Source of the DNA: Octopus sinensis
Lineage: Eukaryota
NCBI RefSeq assembly: GCF_006345805.1
Contig: NC_043013.1
Coordinates: 34,906,001-34,970,000 of the forward strand
Direction: 5' to 3'
Length of the DNA stretch: 64,000 nt
Shown in pieces: positions 50,790 through 63,136 of this stretch (positions within the stretch are counted from its first letter, which is position 1; every line of letters starts with the position of its first letter). The notes under the pieces are model-generated. The model had not been told where the DNA came from, did not search any database, and saw nothing but the letters and a program-made list of their open reading frames with translations. The translations under genes were made by a program, and so were the position numbers.

Positions 50790-51433
50790 CTGTGAAGAAT
50801 GAAATGTTTTGAATGGTACAACAATGCACTATAATACAAAAAAATGGACTATATACTTGTTGTAATTTAGTTATCCATAGTCTGATGATATTTCGGCATA
50901 AAATTCCTTCTTCAGATATTCTTAGATGGAGTGGCTACTATAATTGGTTTTTCAACAGCTTTTCTTTTTTCGGAAGCATCTCAGCAGTGGCCTCAATAAG
51001 CACTTTCCAGAATTCCTCATGAGAAGTGTGTGAGGTCAGCTATGTCTCAAGCTCATGTGTGTTGGTACACATGTAGCGCTGCTTCTACAAAAAGAAGGGG
51101 GATAAAAAAGAAAAAGCTGCATGTATAATACATAGCTTAGAAGCAGCGCTACAGATCTACCAACACACATGAGATTGAGATATAGCCAACCTCATGCACT
51201 TCTCATGAGGAATTCCGCAAGGAGCCTCATGAGACCACTGCTGAGACGCTTCTGAAAAAAGAAAAGCCTTTGGAAAACTGATTACAGCAGCAACTCCATC
51301 TAGGAATTTCTGAAGAAGGAATTTTATTCCGAAATATCATCGGACTATGGATAACTAAATTACAACAGGTATATAGTCCATTGTCTGTATTATAGTGCAT
51401 TGTTGTACTATTCAAAACTTTTTATTCTTTACA
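50790..51433. mobile_element. Foldback element with ~300-bp inverted arms and a ~50-bp loop
   Basis: 50790-51087 is the reverse complement of 51138-51433; mirrored ORFs 50813..51022(+) and 51227..51415(-) share NGLYTCCNLVIHS. Confidence 0.88.
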
Positions 51434-52128
51434 AACAATACACAATGCTTCAAGCGAACTACAATGCTCTGCTACATAAAATTTTATTTTTCTTAACATT
51501 CACAGATGTAAAATAAATATGAACTTTCTTTTCTAATTTCTGTAGTTGCTAAGATAACACAATAGATAATAATCAAACAAGTAATCAATCAATTAAACAT
51601 TCAATCAAACAAATAAAACAATTCCAAACAAAAGCAAACAAAATGAATCATAATAAATGAATAGCATCTCATTTGTTAATGTCTAAAAATGTTAAACGAG
51701 GGCGGAGGGATGATGGGAGAGGTCAACAATATGTGGGGAATTATACATACATATGTCTATGTGTGTGTGAGCATGCACAGGTATGCATACATATGCATGT
51801 ATATGTATATGTGAGTGTGTATATATATATATATATACATACACATATATGTATATATATATATATATGTTTAAGTAGTTGAATGGATTATCCTAGTATG
51901 GATAATTCGGTTAACCGATACCCGGGTAGCAAATTTACATCAGAAAGCACGGTTGAAGCTACATGCCAAGGGCAGAAATCACGTGCTTTCGTGTGGAAAT
52001 TTGTGTTTTTTTACTATAAATAAATGAAACTCCATTCTTTCATTTATATATATATATATATTTATATATATATTTATTTATTTATTTATTCATACAGATA
52101 TATACATATACGTACAGAGCTATAATAA

Positions 52129-52558
52129 GCAGAAGTGTGGCTGTGTGGTAAGAAGCTTGCTTCTCAACCACATGGTTCCAGGTTCATTCCCACTACATAG
52201 TACCTTCAGCAAGTGTCTTCTACAATGGCCTTGGACCAACCAAAGCTTTGTAAATGGATTTGGTAGACTGAAACTGAAAGAAGCCTGTCACATACACAAA
52301 TATGTGTGTGTGTGTGCATGTGTGTATGTGTGTGTATGTCTGTTTGTGTGTGTATCTGTGTTTGCCCCCCTGCCATTGCTTGACAATCAATGCTGGTGTG
52401 TTTATGTCCCTGTAACTTAGTGGTTTGGCAAAAGAGACTGATAGGATAAATACCAGGCTTATAATGAATAAGTCTTTGGGTTGATTTCTTCGACTAAAAG
52501 GCAGTGCTCCAGCATGGTCACAGTCAAATGTCTGAAACAAATAAAAGAATAAAAGAAT
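52129..52558 (+). mobile_element. SINE family A
   Basis: Head-to-tail match. Confidence 0.88.
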
Positions 52559-52604
52559 ATACACACAGATGTTAGAATGTATATTTAATATAAATATATA
52601 TGTG

Positions 52605-52790
52605 TCGGTGGCACATAAAATCACCCACTACACTCTCGGAGTGGTTGGCGTTAGGAAGGGCATCCAGCTGTAGAAACACTGCCAGATCTGACTGGCCTGG
52701 TGCAGCCTTCGAACTTGCCAGACCCCAGTTGAACCGTCCAACCCATGCTAGCATGGAAAGCGGACGTTAAACGATGATGATGATGATGAT
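52605..52790 (+). mobile_element. Young RTE 3' fragment
   Basis: Shares the variants cacataaaatcaccc and agatctgactggcctggtgcagccttcg with the 54541 copy. Confidence 0.88.
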
Positions 52791-52792
52791 AA

Positions 52793-53120
52793 GGCATAGG
52801 AGTGGCAGTGTGGTAAGTAGCTTGCTTACCAACCACATGGGTCTGGGTTCAATCCCACTGCATGGCAGCTTGAGCAAGTGTCTTCTATTATAGCCTTGGA
52901 CCAATCAAATCCTTGTGAGTGAATTTGGTAGACGGAAACTGAAAGAACCCCATCGTATATATGTATATATATATATATGTATGTGTATTGTGTATGCAAT
53001 ACTGGTTTGTTTACGTCACCATAACATAGCGGTTCGACAAAAGAGACTGATAGAATAAGTACTAGAGTAAATCCTGGGGTGCTCCAGCATGGCCGCTGAC
53101 ACAAGCAAAAGATAAAGAGT
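52793..53120 (+). mobile_element. SINE family A with a 3' internal deletion
   Basis: ggcataggagtggcagtgtggtaag head; shortened tail. Confidence 0.85.
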
Positions 53121-53135
53121 AAAATAATATATATA

Positions 53136-53179
<44 letters not shown>

Positions 53180-53186
<7 letters not shown>

Positions 53187-53670
53187 CAGGTTACTTGGTG
53201 ACCCTGTCAGTGCAGGTGTCACTTAAAAAGCATCCAGTCCACAGTGTAAAGAGGTTGTTATTTGGAAGGGCATCCAGTTGTAAAAAACCTTGCCAAAACT
53301 GACCCCACCTGTGCTTGTGCCATGTAAAAAACACTAAATCGACTCTGCTGGATGGTTGGTGCCAGGAAGGGCTTCCAGCTGTAAAAAAATCCTGCTAAAA
53401 CAGTCACAGAAGTCTGGTGCAGACTTCTGCCTGGCCGGCTCCTGTCAAACCATTCCACCCATGCCAACAGAGAAGGCAAGTGTGAAACAAATGATGTACA
53501 TTGTATAGTCCATGTGGTAAAGTGATTGGTGTTAAGAAGGGCATTCTGCCATAAAAACCATGCCAAAGTAGACATCGGTGCTGGATGCAGTTCTTCAACT
53601 CAATTGATCATGTTAAAACATTTAACCCCCGCCAGCATAAAACATGGACATTCAGTGACAATGATAGATG
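53180..53670. mobile_element. Cluster of three old RTE-tail fragments (+,-,+)
   Basis: ggaagggcatccagttgtaaaa, ggaagggcttccagctgtaaaa and aagaagggcattctgccataaaa motifs. Confidence 0.6.
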
Positions 53671-53692
53671 TGCGTGTGTGTGTTTTATCATA

Positions 53693-53918
53693 TTCTTTTA
53701 TTCTTTTATTCGTTTCAGTCATTTGACTGTGGCCATGCAGGAGCACTACCTTAAAGGGTTTTAGCCTAAGAAATCGATCCCAAGACTTATTCTTTGTAAG
53801 CCTAGCACTTATTCTATTGGTCTCATTTTGTGAACTACCAAGTTATGGGAACATAGACTCACCAGTATTGGTTGTCAAGTGATGGCAGGAGTTACAAACA
53901 CAGACACACATATATAAA

Positions 53919-53952
<34 letters not shown>

Positions 53953-54120
53953 CAAGCACACACATGACAAGCTTCTTTTCAAGTTTCCATTCTACCAAAT
54001 CCATTCACAATACTTTGGTCAGCCCAAGGCTATAGTAGAAGACACTTGCCCAAGGTACCATGCAGTGGGACTGAACCCAGAACTATGTGGTCGGTAAGCA
54101 AGCTTCTTACCACACAGCCA
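53693..54120 (-). mobile_element. SINE family A
   Basis: Reverse-complement match. Confidence 0.88.
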
Positions 54121-54209
54121 CACATCCACACCTATAATTATTTTTTGAAGTACATCAAGAATACACCTTAAAAGTGTAGATAATACAATATTACATGTGT
54201 GTGTGTGGT

Positions 54210-54240
<31 letters not shown>

Positions 54241-54321
54241 GTAAGTCTGAGTATGTGAGTGCACCTGTAAGTAAAAAGCTATGTGTATACATGTGTTTGT
54301 GTGTATGTATATATCTATCTC

Positions 54322-57067
54322 TCTTACTCTTTTACTTGTTTCAGTCATTTGACTGCGGCCATGCTGGAGCACCGCCTTTAGTCGAGCAAATCGACCCCAG
54401 GACTTATTCTTTGTAAGCCCAGTACTTATTCTATCAGTCTCTTTTGCCAAACCGCTAAGTGACGGGGATGTAAACACACCAGCATCGGTTGTCAAGCAAT
54501 GCTAGGGGGACAAACACAGACACACAAACACACACATACATCATCATCATCATCATCATCATCATTTAGCGTCCGTTTTCCATGCTAGCATGGGTTGGAC
54601 GGTTCAACTGGGGTCTGGGGAGCCCGAAGGCTGCACCAGGCCAGTCAGATCTGGCAGTGTTTCTACAGCTGGATGCCCTTCCTAACGCCAACCACTCCGA
54701 GAGTGTAGTGGGTGATTTTATGTGCCACCGACACAGGTGCCAGACGAGGCTGGCGAACGGCCACGCTCGGATGGTGTTTTTATGTGCCACCGACACAGGT
54801 GCCAGACGAGGCTGGCAGACGGCCACGCTCGGATGGTGTTTTTATGTGCCACCGACACAGGTGCCAGATGAGGCTGGCAGGTGCCAGACGAGGCTGGCAG
54901 ACGGCCACGCTCGGATGGTGTTTTTATGTGCCACCGACACAGGTGCCAGATGAGGCTGGCGGACGGCCACGATCGGATGGTGTTTGTTACGTCCCCAAAG
55001 CACGGAGGCCAGTCTATGCGGTACTGGCTACGGCCACGTTCGGATGATTTTCTTGTGTGCCACCGGCACTGGTACCACAGATACAAATTCCATTTATGTT
55101 CATCTATTTTGATTTGTTTTGATTTGATTTGATTTTCACTTGCCTCAACAGGTCTTCACAAGTGTCACAAGAAGGAAGGTATGCACAGGTGGACTGTCTA
55201 CGTCGCCGGGTCTTCGGATGGTGTCTTTATGTGCCACCGACACAGGTGCCAGATGTGGCTGGCGAACGGCCACGATCGGATGGTTTTCTTGTGTGCCACC
55301 GGTACTGGAACCACAAAGATACAAATTCCATTGATGTTCATCTATTTTGATTTGGTTTGATTTTCACTTGCCTCAACAGGTCTTCACAAGTGTCACGCGT
55401 GTCACACACTTGCCTCAACAGGTCTCCACAAGTGTCACACACTTGCCTCTGCCTCAACAGGTCTTCACAAGTGTCACACACTTGCCTCTGCCTCAACAGG
55501 TCTTCACAAGTGTCATAAGAGGGAAGGTATGCACAGGTGGACTGACTACGTCGCCGGGTCTTTGGATGGTGTTTTTATGTGCCACCGACACAGGTGCCAG
55601 GTGAGGCTGGCGAACGGCCACGATCAGATGGTGTTTGTTGTGCCCACAGCACGGAGGCCAGTCGATGCGGTACCAGCTACGGCCACGTTCGGATGGTTTT
55701 CTTGTGTGCCACCGGTACTGGAACCACAAAGATACAAATTCCATTGATATTCATCTATTTTGATTTGGTTTGATTTTCACTTGCCTCAACAGGTCTTCAC
55801 AAGGGTCACACACTTGCCTCAGCAGGTCTCCACAAGTGTCACACACTTGCCTCTGCCTCAACAGGTCTTCACAAGTGTCACACACTTGCCTCAACAGGTC
55901 TTCACAAGTGTCATAAGAGGGAAGGTATGCACAGGTGAACTGACTACGTCGCCGGGTCTTCGGATGGTGTCTTTATGTGCCACCGGCACAGGTGCCAGAT
56001 GAGGCTGGCGAACGGCCACGATCGGATGGTGTTTGTTGTGCCCACAGCACGGAGGCCAGTCGATGCGGTACTGGTTACGGCCACGTTTGGGTGGTTTTCT
56101 TGTGTGCCACCGGCACTGGTACCACAAAGAATACAATTCCACTGATGTTCATCTATTTTGATTTGTTTTGATTTGATTTGATTTGATTTGATTTGATTTT
56201 CACTTGCCTCAACAGGTCTTCACAAGTGTCACAAGAAGGAAGGTATGCACAGGACTGACTACGTCCCAGGTCGGGGCCACGGGTTATGGCCTGACTAGTC
56301 TTGCCGGGTCTTCTCATGCACAGCATACTTCCATAGGTCTCGGTCTCTAGACATTTCCTTAGTGAGACCTAAAGTTCGAAGGTCGTGCTTCACCACCTCG
56401 TCCCAGGTTTTCCTGGGTCTACCTCTTCCACAGGTTCCCTCCACTGCCAGGGTGTAGCACTTTTGCACACAACTATCTTCAGCCTTTCTTGTCACATGAC
56501 CATACCAGCGCAGCCGTCTCTCTTGCACGCCACAACTGACGCTTCTTAGGTTCAGCTTTTCTCTCAAGGAACTTACACTCTGACGATTATGAACACTGAC
56601 ATTACACATCCATCGGAGCATACTGGCTTCATTTCTTGCGAGCTTACGCATATCCTCAGCAGTCACGGCCCATGTTTCACTACCATGTAGCATGGCTGTA
56701 CGTACACATGCATCATACAGTCTGCCTTTTACTCTGAGCGAGAGGCCTTTTGTCACCAGCAGGGGTAAGAGCTCTCTAAACTTTGCCCAGGCTATTCTTA
56801 CTCTAGCAGTTACACTTTCAGCACACCCACCCCCGCTACTGACTTGGTCTCCTAGGTAGCGGAAGCTATCAACTACTTCTAGTTTGTCTCTATATACATA
56901 TATACGACAGGCTTCTTTCAGTTTCCGTCTACCAAATCCACTCACAAGGCATTGGTCGGCCCGAAGCTATAGCAGAAGACACTTGCCCAAGATGCCACGC
57001 AGTGGGACTGAACCCGGAACCATGTGGTTGGTTAGCAAGCTACTTACCACACAGCCACTCCTGCGCC
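54322..57067 (-). mobile_element. SINE family A split by a 2.35-kb RTE insertion (3' half 54322-54540, 5' half 56891-57067)
   Basis: Joining the two halves recreates an ordinary family-A copy. Confidence 0.92.
54541..56890 (-). mobile_element. Young 5'-truncated RTE LINE: open ORF2 C-terminus, ~1.75-kb repetitive 3' UTR and (GAT)n tail
   Basis: ORF 56295..56945: KLEVVDSFRYLGDQV..RVRIAWAKFRELLPLL..MLHGSETW..RRLRWYGHV..GRGRPRKTWDEVVKHDL, the RTE post-RT signature, with no stops over ~198 codons. Confidence 0.95.
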
Positions 57068-58789
57068 TATGTGCATGTAAACATGTAATTATGCATCTAT
57101 GTATGTATGCTTCAAAAACGGTCGTACACTCAGGAACAGAACTCAGAGGTTACTACAACAATTCTACAGCTACCAGTATGACAACCACTGCACCCACCAA
57201 CACCAACGCCAACGCCGCCACAATCAATCACCACCATCACTGCCGCCAACATCACTTGGGCCAATTTCACCTCTACACTCTAGTAATTAATAATATAAAT
57301 ATCACCAAAACTTTACAGAACCATCCAACCATCAAACCATCCAAGTTATCCAAGCCAGCCAAGCTAGCTGAGCTTAGCATTAAAACAAAAAAAAAAAAAC
57401 AAAAGAGAGAAATAGATGATGAAAAAAAAAGCAGAAATGCAGAAAGCAGCAAGTAAAAAGAGAACTAAAACACAAACAAATATATATACATATAAATATA
57501 ATAAGTAAATTAACAATAAATAAACAAATGTAAAAAATAAATAAAACGTATTAATAAAAATAAAACAGGTAAAAAAAAAAAAATGGTAAATCTTGGTAAA
57601 GTAAATAAAGTAGATCAAATGAAAGGTATTCTGGGAATAAATGCAATTAGTGCAATTAGCCAGATTGTAACCATGGATATTAGGGAAAGTAGATGATAAT
57701 GATAATGATAATGATAATGATGGTACTGATGACGATGATGGTGGTGATGATGACGATGATGATGATGATGATGATAATGGTGGTGGTGGTGATGATGATG
57801 ATGATGGTGGTGGTGATGGTGGTGGTGGTAGTGGTGGTGGTGGTGGTGGTGATGATAGCAGCGATGCATTTATAGAAAGCAATATTGTGTGCGAATGTGT
57901 TTGTAAGTGTTTGCTATGCGTGTGAGGCTGTATAACGATGCATATATAATTATTGTATATGAACACTTGTGTATAATTATATATTTATATCAGAATACAC
58001 GCATCTGTATACAGACATACCTATAAAATGCCAATACATACGTACTGATTGATGAATATGTGAATATATGCATGCATGTTGTGAGTGTATATATATATAC
58101 ATATACATACATAAATACATAAATATATATATATACATATATATATATGTGTGTGTATATACCTATATATATATATATATATACAAACATACACACACAT
58201 ATGTATACATACATATAGGTATACACATACACACACACATACACACACACACACACACTCACACACATAAATATAAATATATATATATGGTCATACACAT
58301 GCATATGGAACAATCTCATTTTATAATATTGCTCATGGTGAAAATGGGTCGTGGGGAAATAAGAGGGAGAGCAACAGTGAGTGAGAGAGTTAGAGGTGGG
58401 GGAGAGGGGATATTGATAGCATAAGAGGACATTAGAGCAACAACAACAACAACAACAACAGCAACAACAACTGCAACAACAACAATGGCAACAGCAGCAA
58501 CAACAACATCAAACATCTGTACTATATCGTTTTATAAGTAGGGACGAGGAATGGGAGGAGATGGAGAGGAGGACAGAAAGGGAATGGGCGACAGGGAAGA
58601 CAGAGACAGATGAACAGACAGACGGACAGATGGACAGACTGACACACAGTCAGACAGACAGACGTACAAACAGAAGCAAATTACACGTGATTTGTTTGTA
58701 ATTTCAAAGATCCTAATTCATTACCATCATCATCGTCATCGTCGTCATCATTGTCATCATCGTCATCATCGTCATCGCCGTCGTCGTCG

Positions 58790-58822
<33 letters not shown>

Positions 58823-58906
58823 GCGTCATCATCATCATCGTCACTATCATCATCATCATCTTAAGCGTTTTAGCATTCACTTTTTCCATGATTGCATTGC
58901 ATGGGT

Positions 58907-58907
58907 G

Positions 58908-58951
<44 letters not shown>

Positions 58952-61637
58952 CATCATCATCATTATTATTATTATTATTCATCTTTACAATCTGAGTTCA
59001 AATTCTGCCAAGGTCAACTTTACCTTTCATCCTTTCAGTGTTAATAAATCAAGTACTAGTGAAACACCGAGATCGATGTAATTGACTAATCCCTCCACAA
59101 ATATCAAGCCTTCTGCCTTTAGTAGAAAGGATTACTATCATCGTCATCATCATCATCATTATCATGATTCCTTCGTAACACAGTGTAGGTAAAAATGCAC
59201 CGGAATCTTTAGTCATCTGTCAAGTCACAACAAGGACCTCATACAGATAATATTTTCCTTAAGAAGTGTTCTGTACCCAATAAGGCTGCTTTTTGCATGA
59301 CATCAATCTTGCATGGGATTTCCAGTTGTCTTAAGAAGTTCTGAGGTTTCAATGGAATTGAGTCCAATGCTCTGATCACCACTGGTATCACTTTTACATT
59401 ACCCTCTCACATTCCATACAGTCTTGCCATTTTCACTTTCAGTTTGGAGTACTTAGTGATTTTTTTCAACCTCTTTACTCACTACATTCATGTCATTTAG
59501 TATGGCTACATCAATGATCTGACAGTATTTGTCTCTCTTTTTCGTTATGACAATATCCGGCCGATGGTGTTCAATTACATGATCCATCTGAAAATCATAG
59601 TCCCAGAGTATCGTTACTCTTCCATCCTCCTGCATAACTTTATTTTGGACATGCTCATACCAGTTCTTTGTTACTTCATATTGGTATTTACGGCATAAGT
59701 GCCAATGAAGATACACACACACTTTATCGTGGCGGCACTTGTATTCTTTTTTGTGCTATAATAATAATTTGAGCCTTGCACAAAGTATTATTATTGTTAT
59801 TATTATTATTACTATTATTATTACTATTATTATTATTATTATTATTATTATCATCATCATCATTATTATTATTATTCATCTTTACAATCTGAGTTCAAAT
59901 TCTGCCAAGGTCAACTTTACCTTTCATCCTTTCAGTGTTAATAAATCAAGTACTAGTGAAACACCGAGATCGATGTAATTGACTAATCCCTCCACAAATA
60001 TCAAGCCTTCTGCCTTTAGTAGAAAGGATTACTATCATCGTCATCATCATCATCATTATCATGATTCCTTCGTAACACAGTGTAGGTAAAAATGCACCGG
60101 AATCTTTAGTCATCTGTCAAGTCACAACAAGGACCTCATACAGATAATATTTTCCTTAAGAAGTGTTCTGTACCCAATAAGGCTGCTTTTTGCATGACAT
60201 CAATCTTGCATGGGATTTCCAGTTGTCTTAAGAAGTTCTGAGGTTTCAATGGAATTGAGTCCAATGCTCTGATCACCACTGGTATCACTTTTACATTACC
60301 CTCTCACATTCCATACAGTCTTGCCATTTTCACTTTCAGTTTGGAGTACTTAGTGATTTTTTTCAACCTCTTTACTCACTACATTCATGTCATTTAGTAT
60401 GGCTACATCAATGATCTGACAGTATTTGTCTCTCTTTTTCGTTATGACAATATCCGGCCGATGGTGTTCAATTACATGATCCATCTGAAAATCATAGTCC
60501 CAGAGTATCGTTACTCTTCCATCCTCCTGCATAACTTTATTTTGGACATGCTCATACCAGTTCTTTGTTACTTCATATTGGTATTTACGGCATAAGTGCC
60601 AATGAAGATACACACACACTTTATCGTGGCGGCACTTGTATTCTTTTTTGTGCTATAATAATAATTTGAGCCTTGCACAAAGTATTATTATTGTTATTAT
60701 TATTATTACTATTATTATTACTATTATTATTATTATTATTATTATTATCATCATCATCATTATTATTATTATTCATCTTTACAATCTGAGTTCAAATTCT
60801 GCCAAGGTCAACTTTACCTTTCATCCTTTCAGTGTTAATAAATCAAGTACTAGTGAAACACCGAGATCGATGTAATTGACTAATCCCTCCACAAATATCA
60901 AGCCTTCTGCCTTTAGTAGAAAGGATTACTATCATCGTCATCATCATCATCATTATCATGATTCCTTCGTAACACAGTGTAGGTAAAAATGCACCGGAAT
61001 CTTTAGTCATCTGTCAAGTCACAACAAGGACCTCATACAGATAATATTTTCCTTAAGAAGTGTTCTGTACCCAATAAGGCTGCTTTTTGCATGACATCAA
61101 TCTTGCATGGGATTTCCAGTTGTCTTAAGAAGTTCTGAGGTTTCAATGGAATTGAGTCCAATGCTCTGATCACCACTGGTATCACTTTTACATTACCCTC
61201 TCACATTCCATACAGTCTTGCCATTTTCACTTTCAGTTTGGAGTACTTAGTGATTTTTTTCAACCTCTTTACTCACTACATTCATGTCATTTAGTATGGC
61301 TACATCAATGATCTGACAGTATTTGTCTCTCTTTTTCGTTATGACAATATCCGGCCGATGGTGTTCAATTACATGATCCATCTGAAAATCATAGTCCCAG
61401 AGTATCGTTACTCTTCCATCCTCCTGCATAACTTTATTTTGGACATGCTCATACCAGTTCTTTGTTACTTCATATTGGTATTTACGGCATAAGTGCCAAT
61501 GAAGATACACACACACTTTATCGTGGCGGCACTTGTATTCTTTTTTGTGCTATAATAATAATTTGAGCCTTGCACAAAGTATTATTATTGTTATTATTAT
61601 TATTACTATTATTATTACTATTATTATTATTATTATT
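58907..61637. repeat. Tandem array of three apparently identical 897-bp units (SINE B fragment plus Dong-like RLE fragment)
   Basis: The marker catctttacaatc occurs at 58980, 59877 and 60774; identical ORFs start at 59453, 60350 and 61247. Confidence 0.95.
59165..59756 (-). mobile_element. R4/Dong-like RLE fragment (copy D; repeated at 60062-60653 and 60959-61550)
   Basis: RHDKVCVYLHWHLC..WYEH..ILWDYDFQMDHVIEHHRPDIVITKKRDKYCQIIDVA..KAALLGTEHFLRKILSV*. Confidence 0.9.
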
Positions 61638-62146
61638 GAGTGAGAGAGCAGTGCATGCCATCAAAGTGACCCTGGAGTAAAATATACGAAGCCCAGTATA
61701 CCCATCATGACTACCCATCTGATAAGGGTACACTAGGCACATGCATCACGATCATATGTGTAAGACATGGTGATCTCATATCAAGATAAACCACATGACC
61801 TTGCAGGTGAAGCCCAGTTAGAATTTTCTTCTGGTTGAGTAGCCCATCCCACACAAAAGGTCCCTGAATAAGAAGCACATTAAACCTCCAAGAATTCCTC
61901 TCAACACACAGCTATGATGCTCACCCACTACTTCTGCTTGTGGTCAGAAATGCACATAATGTCAGCCACTAAGGGACATGATCAACTGGTTATGGTCAAG
62001 CAACTGACAAGCAAATCTGTGGTATTGAGCAGAATATTTGCTGTAGCCCATCTTTTTTACCAAGACAAAACAATGTACATGATAACACTTCCAATCAGTT
62101 AAGATCAGAAGCCACGAGAATCACAGTGTGGTATTGTATCAGGGCA
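61638..62146. mobile_element. Element X (internal deletion), bounded by (ATT)n on both sides
   Basis: Homologous to 11996-12525. Confidence 0.82.
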
Positions 62147-62520
62147 TTTATTATTATTCTTGTTGTTGTTGTTATTGTTGTGTCAGTTCCAGGCAAGTCC
62201 TGATCAAGTATACATATAGCCTGAATAGATGGATCCAAAATATCCACAACTTCATAAATTTTTAACATCTAGCTGACATTCTGGTAAGCTGTCACAATCC
62301 AGAAGAGAAGGACATTATGCAACTGTTAGCCATTTGGTATATTCAGTCAGATGCCTCCTGTTGAGTTCATGTCCCAAAAAGTAGGAGCAGGTTTGTGAAA
62401 ATTCAACCAGGGGTATTTACGGGTTAAGAACACAATGCACAGCTCACCCAGCAAATGAATTCATGATCTTATGATTGTGTGTCTAAGACTCTGACTGTTA
62501 GGTTACACACCTGTGAGAGG

Positions 62521-62549
<29 letters not shown>

Positions 62550-62553
<4 letters not shown>

Positions 62554-62703
62554 AAGAATCTACTAGAGTGGATGCAAGTGCTAATATATGATTTATAAAA
62601 TCATGTGACATATTAATAAAAATCTGTAAATATAAAACCATCCAGATTTCTGAGTACCTTATTTCTTTTAATATATGATATCTGTACATCGCCTCCAAAC
62701 CTT
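62550..62703 (+). mobile_element. Second, more degenerate copy of the 4482-4652 element
   Basis: Reverse-complement homology to 4482-4640 (aaaaccatccagatttctgagtacc, atctgtacatcgcctccaaacctt). Confidence 0.7.
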
Positions 62704-63096
62704 CTAATATATATGTGTGTGTGTGTGTGTGTGTGCGTGTGTGTGTGTGTTACCATGTTTTATTGTATGTAAAATACCAGTGGAATAAAATTAACTGACT
62801 GCAAAAACAAGCAAGGGTTAACAACAAGAAGGACATTTATTTAACTGTAGAATACTGCCAGAATGAGTTTTACTAAATCATGCTAGTATGGAAAATGAGA
62901 GAAAAACAATGACAAATGAGGATGACGATGACAATGACGACGACAACGACAACAATGATAATGATGATGATGGTACTTGAGTGTGTGTGTGTGTGTGTGC
63001 ATTTCTTTATCACCATATATTTTCGTGGATATGCATGTGTGTGAAAGAGAGAAACAGAAACAGAAGAAGAAAATATAAATACATATGTGTGTATGC

Positions 63097-63136
<40 letters not shown>

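Noticed and set aside
54721-54990. CRISPR-like regularly spaced repeats
   Set aside because: Whole units repeat with no unique spacers, there are no cas genes, and the array is inside a eukaryotic LINE 3' UTR.
62273-62283. 11-nt candidate micro-exon (tctag|CTGACATTCTG|gtaagc)
   Set aside because: Too short to distinguish from chance without RNA data.
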